Part shown: positions 1 through 13,175 of the stretch, in pieces
Layout of the letters: each line of letters begins with the position of its first letter
How positions within the stretch are numbered: position 1 is the stretch's first letter
Assembly: GCA_965637545.1 (NCBI GenBank)
Contig: OZ281495.1
Location: 13,950,001-14,014,000 of the forward strand
Source of the DNA: Phallusia mammillata
Lineage: Eukaryota
DNA length: 64,000 nucleotides
Direction of reading: 5' to 3'
The notes under the pieces: model-generated
What the model saw: the letters and a program-made list of their open reading frames with translations, nothing else
Told to the model about the DNA's origin: nothing
The model's database searches: none
Made by a program: the position numbers and the translations under genes

Positions 1-326
1 CGGCTCTACCCACTGACGCGGTCCAGCGTTTTGACTTAGAGGGCCCTCAACAATTAACTAACTTCACTGCCGTACTTTTGGAAATTTTGTTACAGTTGTG
101 ACATGACAACAAAAACAAAACATGATAAAATCGAAATTATGGTTCGTCATTAAAAAAACAAAACAAAATAAAATCGAACAAACATAAAAACAGAAGAACG
201 AAGTGCTTTTCTACGTATCGTTGTGTTTGAAAACATTGGCGTACCATGACACAACAATGAAAAAATATGATAAAACAATCACAACTGCTCTGCTTCCTAC
301 CAAGATATGTCATTAGTCATTACTCA

Positions 327-496
327 TTACAAACCTTTTCCAACAAAAAAAGGTTGCCTTAATTTCAAATTATCGTTAATCGCTACTATGTAATCTATGT
401 GGGCCTATCATGTTAACACATTATAAACCTTTTCCAACAAAAACATGTTGCCTTAATTTCAAATTATCGTTAATCGCTACTATATAATCTATATGT
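327..496. repeat. Two-copy tandem duplication, ~94-bp period
   Basis: aaaccttttccaacaaaaa..gttgccttaatttcaaattatcgttaatcgctactat occurs at 331 and again at 425. Confidence 0.85.
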
Positions 497-651
497 ATCC
501 GATGGTTATCACATTATTTATTTTCAAGTAAAACACAAAACTAGGTTATTTCCGAGTAGGCCTACTTCGCGGATCGTGCAGAAACTCTTGGAGACCTGCA
601 TACGGCATGAGGGTTAATCATGTAAGCGCGTTTAGGTTAGCAATTAGCTGC

Positions 652-760
652 GCTGGCTTAGTCAAGTGGTTACTTCGCATTGGTGCGACGAATGATATTG
701 CTTCGCTTGTCTCGGGTTCGAATCCCTGTTCTACCCACTGACGCAGTCCAGTGTTTTTGA
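652..760 (+). mobile_element. tRNA-derived SINE-like repeat; the tail of a second copy is at 1-35
   Basis: A-box-like TGGCTTAGTCAAGTGG and B-box GGTTCGAATCC (715-725). The 3' motif ctacccactgacgc(a/g)gtccag(t/c)gtttt recurs at positions 5-33. Confidence 0.6.
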
Positions 761-964
761 AAACGCCTAAATTAGTTTAACATCCCCGGAATACATGGGC
801 AAATTGTTTCATATCATTTAACCTGAAAAATTAAACAGCCCGGTAACGAACTCCTCGCGGTCTGGCGGTTCCCGACCACTGCTTTATAGCATCAAACGAC
901 AATCCCTCGTTTTTTTTATCGCCTCTAGTTTTTTGTGGTGCTAAATTGGGTGTCTGTAAAATCA

Positions 965-1290
965 CTTGACCGCTGTGGCCAACTTGTAAATACCATGCAC
1001 TTGATCGCTGTGGCCAACTGTAAATACAGCGTGATCGGCCTGAACACTGAGTGGCCGGTTTGGCCAACTTTTTCTTTTCGGTCCTCCCCAAGATAATAAA
1101 TCTCACCCCGCACCCAAGTAGCCCTTACCGTTAACGCCTTGACATAATTGAGCGGTCATGTAGTATTTACTGGTTTGCCACAGCGGTCAAAAATTAAGTA
1201 GACAGCTAGGTTGGTCACGTTGTATTTATAGGTTGGCCACAGATTTCACGTAATACTTTTAGGCTAGCCATGGTGGTCACAGCGACAAGT
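965..1290. repeat. Degenerate foldback of short tggccaac/gtaaata repeats (possible MITE remnant)
   Basis: gaccgctgtggccaacttgtaaatac-type units at 969-1030, with inverted counterparts (gtatttactggtttgccacagcggtc; gtatttataggttggccacag) at ~1163-1241. Confidence 0.4.
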
Positions 1291-1387
1291 AGTAAGTTAA
1301 CTAATATCACATGATTTGCAAAGTATCAACCTTTTCCCCAATGTGACTAAAAATCACTATTTTGTTTGTAGGTAAGCACTGACTATA

Positions 1388-1655
1388 TGGGTTAGGCGCG
1401 CCGGACCATTTGGCCAAGTTCCTTCCCCACTATATCTTTTTTTCACGGGGTTCGAACCCAGGACACCCCCGGGGACGAATCCCGATCAGGGTTTTGTGCC
1501 TTACTTCAATACTGCCACCTGCCGGAAAAAATGTAACTGCAACTTAGGCACGCGAAGGTGCAACCGGGTCACCAAATCTGTCCGCAAACGCCGAATAAAA
1601 ACTGATCGGGATTCGTCCTGGGAGTGTCCTGGGTTCGAACCCCGTGAAAAAAAAA
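1388..1655. mobile_element. Rearranged fragments of the short tRNA-like SINE seen intact at 32463; they form ~52-bp inverted arms
   Basis: 1390-1428 is the reverse complement of the SINE 5' half. 1436-1490 is the reverse complement of the 3' half (GGTTCGAACCC plus polyA). 1601-1655 is the 3' half on +. Confidence 0.7.
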
Positions 1656-3162
1656 ATTGTCAAAAATCACTTTCGTTCAAGTTAGCAACAAGGTATATTT
1701 GAACGTGAGATCTGTCTTTATTTTTAGTCTGATTTGTTTGCAACAAGAAACAGAAATAACAAAATGTTTTAATAAAGATTGGTTTAGGGCGTGGATACAC
1801 TTGGGTATTTGGACTTTTTTGGAATTTGGCAAATTGAGAAATAAAACAACTGTTACTTGTAAATTGTACAGCTTCATCATAATATTTGTATGTGCCGAAG
1901 TGGCAAAGTGTGAAGTGGTTGGTTAATTCGTCACACAGAGAAAACACAGGCCTCACTGCTTTGACGACTTCGTTTGCTTCACGGAACAATGGGGCGAACA
2001 CTTACGGCGCATATCCATTGTGAAGGCGGTCTTGTGTAAATGTGTGTCAGGAGATGCGAAATGAGGCTTTCGAACCAAGCGTAAGTGCCGCCTTTACCAA
2101 ACTGATGTGTCGAAGCGCAGGTAGAACTAGACCTTATTTATCAAGTGCAATTGGCTAAAATGTATAAATCAAGGTTTTATGTTTGAAGTTTTTGCCAGTT
2201 TTTTTTAGTTTTCTGCATTCAACTGCCTAGCGTCGTTCAAGACAAATCTGCGCTCATTTGTAGTTCATGGTTCATTCGGTAAAAAAGGCTTAATTAAGGC
2301 TTCGGTAAACAGTGCTGAACTGAGCCGGAACTAATATCTGTTGCATTAAATGGATTTCAGTACCAGGGTGAACAAAAGAACGGACCTGTGTCATAGGCTA
2401 CATTGCCATTTTCCTTTGACATTTGCATAAAGTTAGAAGACGTATTTTCTTGTTTTTCAACTTGCCTTCGGCTATACGGTTGGTTTCTGCGCCAGCGATG
2501 CGTTGTAACACGTCTCCGAATTTGCTGCGTGGATTTGATAACTCAAAAAAGTTGGAACAGTTACTGTAACTGTAAGCAGATAGGCAGGAGACATGACTGT
2601 TGAGGAACACTAGGCAAAGGGTACAGCACAGTGGTACATTGTTTTCGTGAAGAGATATTAAATTACAGGTATCGCATGTCTTTAAGGTTTATTCTTGTCA
2701 TCTACCTCTATGCCTATTTAGTGACATTCTACCGAGATGTACCGCAGCAATTTGAGCATTAGACATTGGTAAACAGCTGTACTACGCTTTTCCTTGTAGT
2801 GACATAACCAGTAAACAATGTTAGTTTGACGTACAGTGTTGTTGACTATCACTCCTATAAGCAAGCGAAGTATATGCCATTTATTAAAATCGATTTCATA
2901 AGGTTTCTAATGCTGTACAGCGACAGTATTGATTCAAACCAGTCTCTGTTACACATATTAGGTTGTTAGCTATATTAGGTTTTCGAAAGTTAATTAGGTT
3001 TTGCCCACGGTAATTGTAGAGACGCTCAAGCACCAACGATTTGTGAAATTGATCTAAATGTCTTTGTGCACGTTGCAGAATGTCATTTGTTTGTTAACTG
3101 TACTTGTGTTAACAACCTTGAGCTTTTGTTGATCTCTGAATAAACGGTATTATCTGCAAACA

Positions 3163-6100
3163 ATGGAGTCGTCGGAGGAAAGACAATTTCCACATTCTAA
3201 AGCATTTCAAGTTTTGACGGTAAGTGGTTTGATATTGACCTCATTGTATTAAGCCATGCTATTCTGGAACTTGCAATAGCTTTGTGCACTCACAGTAAGT
3301 TTGCCGTATAAAAAACAACAACATAAGGGCGATTTCAGATTTCATTTAACCGTCAGAAAAAAATACGCTTTTTACGTTATTTGCGAAACCGTACACGAAC
3401 ATATAGTTTAGTCCTATGTTAGGTTAACAAGATGTAAAAACAATACACACGTAAAAGTTTTTGTAGCGAGACCCAGTCCGTTGTTTATGTTGTCACAGGA
3501 TTTTAATGACGTTTTTTTCAAACGCTGGAACTCATAGGGGTCAAACTTTGCTTTCCCGATTCCCGTTGCTATTACGTTTACAGTTTCCTTCCGCGAGGAT
3601 ATGTCCCAAGAACCGTGTTTTCGCTTCGCGCTTCCCGAACCCAGCTGACGTTCGTCATCATGACCAGTCATGCGTAACTCGCCCGACTTATTGCCCCACT
3701 GAATCCAACAAAAAATAGATGCGAGTGCAAAATTTTCGGGGAATAAAGACAGAATTTAAGTACTTTTGCCTCTCTGCAAGCTGTTGGCATAACTTATACT
3801 CAAACTGCGAAAAAAAGAATCAAAGCAAATCGAGCAGCCAAAACAGTATTTTGTTTAAATAGTTACTAGGATTTGACAAGAACCATTCTATAACCGGACT
3901 AATAGCATATTTACACATTTACATACAAGTCCAGTTGGCATAGGCTAGGTTAGAATTATCTACCATATGGTTCAAGTTAACGATACATGACAACACAATA
4001 CGTGTTTTCTTTGAACTAGATTCTTCATGTGGCCTTTGGGACGATTTCAGTCACTCTTGCGATTATGGCAGTGCTCGTTATATCCCATTCCAACCAACTT
4101 CAAACATTTGGTTTCACATACGTTGCAGCTGGAACATGGTGCGGTTTTGTGGTAAGTGGTTTATTGCAATTATGTGGTGAAAACAAGATGTATTTAACAA
4201 CTGTTTTTTAATCTATTTCAGTTTCTCTTGGCGGCACTGGCAACGTATCTGATGACAATAAAAAGGACAGAAAATTATGTGAGTCACCGTGTTCTTGGAT
4301 AGTTATTGTTTTTTAAACATTTGTTTTTCCGATTCGTATCTGAATTAGTTTTATTGATGTTTCTTTTTCCTGTGTTGTGGGTACCATATTTTTGACGGAT
4401 GACTCATTGTTTGGCTTACTGTGGTAACTTTTTGTCAATCTTTGTAACTATACGCGATATCTTTAGGCCTTAGCACCGTCTGCACACATGAGTGCCAATG
4501 TAGGCTAATGTGGTGAGCCAGATATTATATTTGGTTGGTTGCCAAGGATAAATCTAAAGGAACACAAAAAACGTTATTGCCAGAACGCACAAAAGCCAGA
4601 CAATGGGCTGCTTTCAAGTACCTCGTCTACTTACAGGATAATTCACCTTGTCATAAAGATGTAGTATAATGTGTATTTTCAAACTACCTACCAACATCAA
4701 AAACTTACGCCTGAAATCATAATAACTTGGTCTGATGAAATGGGTTATTTATTTTGCAAAATAACTATAAATCTGAGGCGGTTGACAATAAAGTTTTGTT
4801 GCTTTTTAGGTATTCGCTGCTTGGTTAGCAACTGCTGTATCCAGCATATTCGCCTGCGCCATGATGAGTCTCGAACTGGCGACAACACTGACGCTAGCCA
4901 GTGAAAATTACCAGGTACATTTCACCGTCACCACCAATTTGTATATGTTGCTATGCGTGGTCCCATCCACGTCTAAATGACACCCGTAATTATACGACTT
5001 AAACTTGTACCTACCGTTGCGGAAACAATGAGCGTACGTTCTGGCATTTCAGACGAAATATAATCATATACAAAACCAAACAAGTGGTTATCGTATTGTG
5101 TGTTCATTATATGACTTATCTCATTGTGTAACCTGTAGTCTATTATAGAATGTTGCAAAAACGTACACCTATGTAAGGCGCAAGCCCGGTTTTCCAAACA
5201 TTATACGAATTTTTAACCTGTATCGCCCGACTCTGTACATTTTGTACACTTGTTGGGCAGAACATACTTTTATCACAGAACATATTACCAAGTAAAACAC
5301 ATTGAAAAAATGACAGGAATTTCCAGGTTTCTTGAAAAGAATATGTCACAATCACTTAAACTATACGTTACAGACGGTGCTGGTGATGTTTCACTCCCTG
5401 CTCGTCGTCGTAGCAACGTGCGAGATCTTTCTTTCCATGGTCACGTGGGCGTATTGTTGTCGAACGCAATGCTGCGAACTGTCAGTGCTTATACCACGCG
5501 TAAGTAACGTAACTGAAACCTACATAACCTTCCATAAGAATTAATCCCATTTGAGCGGCATACTCTATAGCAGCAAATCGCCACGATGACAAGAAACGAC
5601 CTTCATCCCCATGTTAGACCTTAAGTCTATAATGCGACTGATATGTCAGTAAGGTCAGGTCAGTAGCAACACATGTTCTGTGGTTGTTCAATCTGCTTAA
5701 TTTATTGTACATCTACTCTTGAACTACCAAACTCCAAAACAAGTACTACATAGGGCCAACGCACAGTTGCTAGCAAAAAATGCCGAAAGCAATTTCCGGA
5801 TAAGTTACCATTATTTAACAAGGAAGTACGGTGCGATGAAGTAGTAGGAAAATTGCGCTACTTGGTTCCCGGGAACTAAAACGTCGGACACGCACGGCTT
5901 ATAATGGTGAAACCCTGATCACGAGTCATTAGTTTGTAAACAACACCTAAAAGTATTGTTATTTCTGTGTTGAACGTGTAAGAAAAATTAAAACAAACTG
6001 TCTTAACGTTATTATAGACGAGCGTTTTACATTGCGAAGTGGCATGAAGTTAGAGTTGACCTAGTAAGCATTTTTTCATAATAGTTTCTTTATAGTCACC

Positions 6101-6504
6101 CTTGTTTCAGGGGGATTTCACTCTGCTTTCAACAAACCTACAAACGCATACATTTATGTTAATTTATTTCTTAATACTGGGCAAAACAAACATGACTAAT
6201 TGGGGTCTGGGGACGTCATATATTGACATAAACTTGAATTCAGTGACCGCCAGCACGACTTCGCAAAAACCAAGTAGACAAATATTGATTTTAGTTATCA
6301 ACCATGGAATGACGTAGTTTTTCTTCTCCCCCGTCGGTGCTGTTTACACAAAGGCAACATGCGGTGCAACAGGAGAGTCGTTGCACCATAAAATTGAAAC
6401 CAATCACAATTGTTTTTTTTCAACTTCAGGTAAAATTTATATCCGGCTCCGATTCAGTGCCGTTTGTTAATACAACCAACGTCACGACCACTGTGGACAC
6501 GTGA
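3163..6504 (+). CDS. MS4A/CD20-like four-TM protein, ~183 aa, 6 predicted coding exons
   Basis: GT-AG exons 3163-3219, 4020-4151, 4222-4278, 4810-4914, 5374-5499 and 6430-6504, all phase 0. They give four hydrophobic segments with family-like motifs ILHVAFG, AGTWCGFVF and CEIFLSMVTWAYCCRTQCC. The last exon is less certain, and extra small exons near 5570/6110 are possible. Confidence 0.7.
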
Positions 6505-8430
6505 CAAGATACTGACCAGTCACCTGTATCCTTCGACTAAACGTCTGCTGCCGACCGACAAAAGCAACAAAAACTCGCCGCTAAGGCTTGTGTGACTTTG
6601 CCTGCCAATGTTGGGTTCGTATGAAAATGTAATCCTGCGCAAAAATGTGTGCTTGCAAACTTTAGTACCAAATCGATTGAACTTTTGCGCTGGTAGCAAA
6701 GTTCTTCATGTCGTATGGGCTTTTCTAAAGTGCAGCGTGTTTGCCAAAAACAAATTGCTTTGTTTCTTTTGACATCGAGCATACATCCCGGCGCTTAGAT
6801 TCGTTTGACATTTTCGTTAAATATGGCACTGTTGTTAAAATGGTATAAAATTTGTTTTATGTTTGTTCATGCTGTTTTGCACTTTGTCTATTCTGTTCCC
6901 CTTGTTTTGTTTCATGTTTCTGTACTATACATGAATAGATGAAAAGATATACATTATATTGGAAAGCAAGAAGCAAGCAAGAAATATTTTGTTCGTGAAG
7001 TTTCAACTTACATATATATCCAACAAATTAAAGACGGAATAAATTTACACCATTAAGCTATCTATTACTTGCGGCAGGGTTATTGCACGACACATAAGCG
7101 CACTCTGCAAAGATTTGCACAGTAATACTGCAAGACAAACATTGCACACACAACGCTAGCTGTTTGCTTGCTATCGAACAATTATTAGATCGATAGGCAT
7201 TCAAACAAAAAGATTAGCAGCTTATTACAACATGTTGAAGGTGAAGAAATTCAAATGTATTCCGTTTTTAGGAACAAAAACGCATTTATACCTAATTTAC
7301 ATTAATGAGATGAAATTGTGTTAACTACCTTTGTAAAAGCATTACCTTGTCATGTAAATGTGCAACATTTCAGATTGTGTACCCACATGTTGGCACATAC
7401 CTCACGCAATGTTGTTTATATGCACGTACGCTTGTTGCAAACAACTTGTTTGTTCACAACGCTTCAATTCGCGAGTGAAGTTTTCTAATGCCCAAACAAG
7501 TTAAAGGTATACGGTTCTGGCGCTCTTTGTCGGCATCGATGGCACACGATAAATCAAAAATTATCCGCTTGAGGACAGTGTGGAGGCTAACACAAATACA
7601 GCAGTAAGCAGTTAATTGTCCAAAAATTAATCATTAAAAGCGTGATTTGCGTGGTTTGGGTATGGCTTATATGACCGCAGCAGCACAGTTAATTGTGGGT
7701 AGTAAGGATTTTCACTGAAGTGATCTGTAATACTTAAAGAATGACTGTTTCATGGTAGTTTCAGATTGTTTTGTCATAACGTAGGAATAAACTGTCGGTA
7801 AAGGTCTGTACAGGTGTTCAGATTGAACATAAATCGTTTTCACTTTAATTACCAACTATTGGTTGTACCTCAAGCAGTTCAATGATAAACTGGTAACGTA
7901 GAGGTTTTAAACGTGTGTTTATTTGATTAGCAAGCTCACTGTACAAGTCACGCATGATTGATTTTGCTGCGGCCACGAGTTTTCTGCTTTTGGCAAGGGC
8001 TATTCATAAAATGAAACACTTCTTTAATGTAGTCAACTGTACCAAACTGGAAATATTAGTGCACGTTAACATTTTGATGCGCTTTTTAAGGAGTTAATGT
8101 TGGAAATGTTTTGGGCTACCTTGTTTTGATTGGCATGTCTTAAAATATATATTAATTCACAGTACAGTGACTTCTCATGGTGTTGTGAAACATTGTGTGT
8201 TCAAATTCAAACAAAAATTATTAAGGGTTGCTGAAAAATAAAACGACATGTTAATAATGCTGCAAAATATTAATCTCACTAAAAAATCGTATGGATTGTT
8301 AGTCATGTTTACCTTGTAAAAGCACAAAATAATTCTATGTACTGCTCAATTCCTGTTCGAGTCTGTTCTGTACATTCCTTACAGACTTGTGTTGTAAGCG
8401 GTTGGTAGTAAAATTGCTTCCTGAACAATA

Positions 8431-10354
8431 ATGAGAATAATTGAGGTATCACCAAAGCTGGTTTGCAACGGTCTCGCCGGTTCAGAGGGACCAGTTTTCG
8501 ACACGCATGGCCGATTTTACGCTGTCGAGCCGTTTGGAAGCGTGTCTGCAGAAGAAAAGTAGGTTATGTGATTTCTATTGTCGATAAACAGGCGCCACAA
8601 CACGGTTTGATTTTTAACTGAGATTTGAAACTTTCTCCCATGCAATGTTCGGTTAGAATAATGGTTTCTTATTTACAACCAACAGAGAACCTGGTACTTT
8701 TAAAGACGGCATAGCGGGTGGTTTGTATCTCATCGATCTTGATACAGGCACCAAAACTTTGGCGTGTCGTCCACATATTGATGGCTACGGGGGTCGACCG
8801 GCCGGATGCCAATCTGACAAGGACGATAACATATGGATTGCCGACATGCGGCTTGGTTTACTTAAATACTCACCAATTGACGGGAGTTGTATACAGGTAT
8901 ATAATTTCAAAGCGCAAATTGCAAAGCTTACATGTCAATATATCTTTGAGGCCTAAACTTGTACCATAAAGCTAGAACCGCAATGTAAGTATAACGACGT
9001 TAATTTTGTTGTCGTCAATTCCGTAACTTGCTTATACGTGCTGAAGGCGGTGCAAAGGTAATGTAATCTTAAACGCCTTTAGGCTGCGGTAAACACAAAC
9101 ATGAAAAGTTGTTTAGATTCAGTAACAGGCTGCGCCGCTACGATGAAGATGTTTATACCACTAGGTATAGTTTGATGGTCTGTGTCTTCAGCTCATACAA
9201 AAATCTTATTAATTCAGGTCAGTAAGGTTGACAATAACGGGGATGCGTTAAACGGAGGTAACGATTTGGTGATCGACGACGACGGAAACATTTGGTTTAC
9301 CGGACCAGGGAGCGCAATCGCGCCCGCTGCTGAAGACAGAGAGTCTATATTCAAGGTAAAGTTGTTTGAGTCAAATTGATATTTTTACCCACAAAAACAA
9401 GTTCTTTATAGGTTGTGAAAGAAGCGGCGGTAATCAAATAATTAAAGATTAATATTTTTCAAAACACTTATGTTTAGAAACCAACTGGCAGAATATACTG
9501 TTTGCCCAAAGGTGAGAAAGTCCCCATTTTCGTTGATGACAACTTTAGTTTCTGCAATGGAATTGTCGTTCAAGATAAACTCCTTCTCGTGGCCGAAACA
9601 AAAACGCACCAAATCATTGCTTACGATATCTTAGGGCCAGGAAAGGTTAATAACAGAAGAGTTTGGGCAAACGTCCCTAAAGGTTTGTTGCTTTGTTTAT
9701 GATACAAGTTTTAAGTTTCATCATACAATACAAAATGGTCAATAGATAAAACTATTGTTGAGGTTAATGTGATTTACATGCTATAGGCTACTGCATGTAT
9801 TATTATAATTTGTGTGGGTGGACGTGAACTTAGCATTGCGGTCTGGCTTTTTACGTGACTTAATATACCCTGTGCCTGGTAATTATATTTAAGAATTTCA
9901 TATGGTTAGTATGTGTTGCAATGTTGTGCAAATGTACGAGATGAAATTGTTTGTGTTTCCGCAAATGCAAAATAGCCATCAAATATGAATGTCACATAGT
10001 GATATGTGTGCAGTCAACTACTTAACATAACTTATAACACGCATTGCTTCTTACCGGCGTTTATTAAAGAGTGATATTTCTAATAAAGATGAAGGATCCA
10101 ACGGTCCGGACGGAATGGATTTTGACAAGAAGGGGCAACTTTTGGTGGCAAACCACGGTGGTTCGCACATTGAAGTTTACTCGCCGAGTGGAGGCGCTGA
10201 ACCGGCAGCCAGGATCAAATTTCCTTTCGCGCTTATTAGTAATCTTCATTTCAAGCCAGGCAGCAATATTTGCTACGTGACTGAACACGACTCTGACTCG
10301 GTGTGGAAGTTTGAATGGGAAGAGACTGGCATGGAAATGTATTGCAACAAGTAA
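8431..10354 (+). CDS. Squid-type DFPase-like (SMP-30/gluconolactonase superfamily) six-bladed beta-propeller, 315 aa, copy A
   Basis: Exons 8431-8558, 8686-8896, 9218-9355, 9478-9682 and 10089-10354 join in frame. Motifs GSEGPVFD, GYGGRPAGCQSD, ADMRLGL, GGND, FCNG, GPDGMDFD, SHIEV, SNLHFKP and VTEH..VWKFEW match Loligo DFPase as I recall it. Confidence 0.92.
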
Positions 10355-11276
10355 CCAAGTTTATGAACTTGCATACGTAGTGAATCGGTATAAGCGGAAA
10401 TGGGGCTGGTCACAGCAATGAACATGATCTCGCATATTGCATAAAAATACGTGATATATACTTGTTTTTTTGTCATATTAAAATTAACTTGCAGCAGTAA
10501 ATGTGATTTAGTAGGAAATGTGTAATAATTTTTGTTTTCGTTGGTTTAGTAGACTGTGGTTTAACGACGTATCACAAATGACAATTAAATTTGTTAACCA
10601 CGTTTATCATTGTTTACCTTCCAAATCTTTACATGCTAATAAAATTGATCTAGTGCAGTATTGCATAGGTGAAGAATATAACGCCGCGCAACACTGTGCA
10701 CTTCGCAGGCACGAATTATTAAATTCGTGCAAAACTAAAATGTCAACTATCAAGCGCCTGCATGACAGTTCACGCACGCTGCTTTACTAAACGCACGCGG
10801 CCCAAATGGACTGTAATTGTGTCCGAAATTACTTACTAGATTTAAAAGCACATTCACAACGCTCGCACGCCCCGGATTTCATCGTGACGTGAATGTCAGT
10901 CAGTCTTGCTCAAGGAGATCAGTAAGCGAACCACTTTGTTTGTAGCACGGCTTGCGAGACGTTGTGTAGTATTAAGTGTGTTGTTTTAAGGTAAATTTGA
11001 ATCGCAGGTGTTAGGTTGTAAAATTTTTAGCAACACGATTGGTCATAAAGACGCATTAGCAGCGGTTCGGGCAGATTAAAGCAATCAAATATTGATGTTA
11101 AAATGGTGCTTGGTCAGCATTTAAAGGTTGTTGTGTACAGAAAAGCGGTAGTCGTAACCGTAATACTTTGAAACGTAAAAGAAACCGTGACGTAACTGCT
11201 GTCTCTGTTTACGTTCACGGGTGGTACAAAAGAATGTTCCAGAGGCTCATACGCCCTGTGGTATTAACTCCTAGAC

Positions 11277-11804
11277 CAGTGGTTCTTAACCTTTTTGGTG
11301 CGGTTTCCCATTAAAGTGAATTCAAATTCCCCCCTCTGTTATTTTTATAATAATGTTTTGTGCCAAACATTAACAAAAAAATGATTCTTTAATCGAAATA
11401 ATTTTGTGAAGCGATTTGGTCGGGACCTTAAAGGTATACTGCGATTTTATTTAGTTTGGTTAGTGATTTCTTGAGAGAGTAATATCGTGTGGAATTTTGA
11501 AAAATCCCAGGTGCTTGCATTAGTCATTTATTGCATCACAATCAACAGATCAAATGCATTTATTCGCGAACAATAACAAAGTCATTGATACTTTTAGTAA
11601 TGTCTGTGACGTAACAAAGGATGTTTGAATTTTTATACGCCTTGCAAAACTAGATGTGGTTAATCTTACATGTTGTTGCGGAAAATATTGTATTAAATTA
11701 ACTTTCAATGGTTAATTTCAACCCACGGGCCCGAGTTTGGTGACTTCTGATTCACATAATTTCCCTCTAAAACCATTAAATTTCCCACCGGTTAAGAACC
11801 ACTG
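11277..11804. mobile_element. hAT-type MITE, copy A only
   Basis: TIR cagtggttcttaacc / ggttaagaaccactg. 8-bp TSD tcctagac. Empty site (tccgagac) in copy B at ~42855. Confidence 0.92.
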
Positions 11805-13175
11805 TCCTAGACAAAGACTTAAGGTGTTTGGGAAATTCCCACAGAGCAGTCCCAGACAATATACCGTGGCGGCTACGTACCTGCGTATAACCTGGTTTCA
11901 GTTCTTGTTCAGCGCAACTTCCACTTGATCGTATACAAAACATTTGCGAGCACGCTTCCTTGTGTACTGTTATGCAAGCGATGCTATTGACTACACAACT
12001 ATGGTGAAGACAGCCGAGGAAATCAGTCGTTGTTGTGATTTTAATAAACTGCCTAAACACGCTGCGCCAATGAGATGAAAGTGTAACCATTAGAATGCAA
12101 TGGCGTATCTTGAATACCGCAGCTTGGACAGGGAACAAGCTTTCTTGTCGAGGCGAGATACAGACAGACATTTCTGGGAAAGTGTTTTGAGTTGTAGCGT
12201 CAACATTACACAGCCTGCTTCCGTCACGTTAGTCAGAGATTTGTTGCAGTTTAAAGCAGAGATGGCGACATGTAGGTTGTGCTAGGTTACATCGCTACTG
12301 TGTACATACGGGTAGTGCAAAGTCACGCCTTTTTGTTGACGGAAAGGGAGTTTGTTATTGTTCTTTGTGCAGTCAGTGATTCGAGGTTATTTTTTGAATC
12401 GCGCAAAAATGAATCATATGCCTAAATATGGCACAAACTATTTTTTTAACACGCAAATTAAGTACAGTGACCAAAATCAACGGCGTAAAACTTGACTTCA
12501 CAAAGATGCAGAAAATAGGTGCTCAGAAAAGCAGTGCAATGAAAACAAATCATCAACAATTGGATTGCACCAACAGACCCAATACCCAAGGGTGGGATGG
12601 TCTGTTGGAAGCAGTATTAAAAGCTAAATGAGTCAACTACAAGTTCTTGCAACATGTAATTCGCTAAAGGTGTGTTCATATTGAATCATGTCAACGACAC
12701 AGTTTCCGACTACCAAAGTTAAACATAGTGCTGGCAAAGTAAGAATCTGCGGTTTTGTTGTACAGTTATAGTACACTGACATATCTTCGGTATCCATCTC
12801 AACAAAATCGTTTTTAGAGGTAAAGCAAATAACGTTTGAAAAGTCGTTACAAACTCCAAAACCTATATTTATTTATGTGATTAAGTTGGAGGTCGTTAGG
12901 ATTTCTTTTTTTAGGTGTGGCGTAACGGACAACAACTCGTTTTGTATATCCTGAGCGATAAAGAGATCATTGAGCATTTGTGAATTCGCAAAGTTCGTAG
13001 ACGTCGAAGAAATGCAGCCGCCAGTTTGTTACTTTGTGCACACTGGGGTTATGATTGTATTCACACGATTTTAACGGCCAAAAATACGCACTTTCGGGAT
13101 TCTTCTTGTCAAATCAGCAGTCAAAAAACCCCTTAATATGTTTCACAGACACGTGTTTGCAGGCTGTCAAACAAT

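Noticed and set aside
652-730. tRNA gene call for the A/B-box element, and similarly for 32463-32565
   Set aside because: No proper acceptor stem or cloverleaf. Repeat-type tails or TSDs indicate SINEs.
831-2001. Minus-strand ORFs 831-1106 and 1660-2001, with possible donor sites near 1129 and 1855
   Set aside because: I could not join them into a consistent in-frame spliced model, recognised no motif, and they overlap repeat fragments.
6530-7600. Possible minus-strand exons (6537-6782; 7401-7590 with an in-frame TGA, which could suggest selenocysteine)
   Set aside because: No recognisable family and no SECIS identified. The candidate exons run antisense into the MS4A 3' end, so chance splice-like motifs are as likely.
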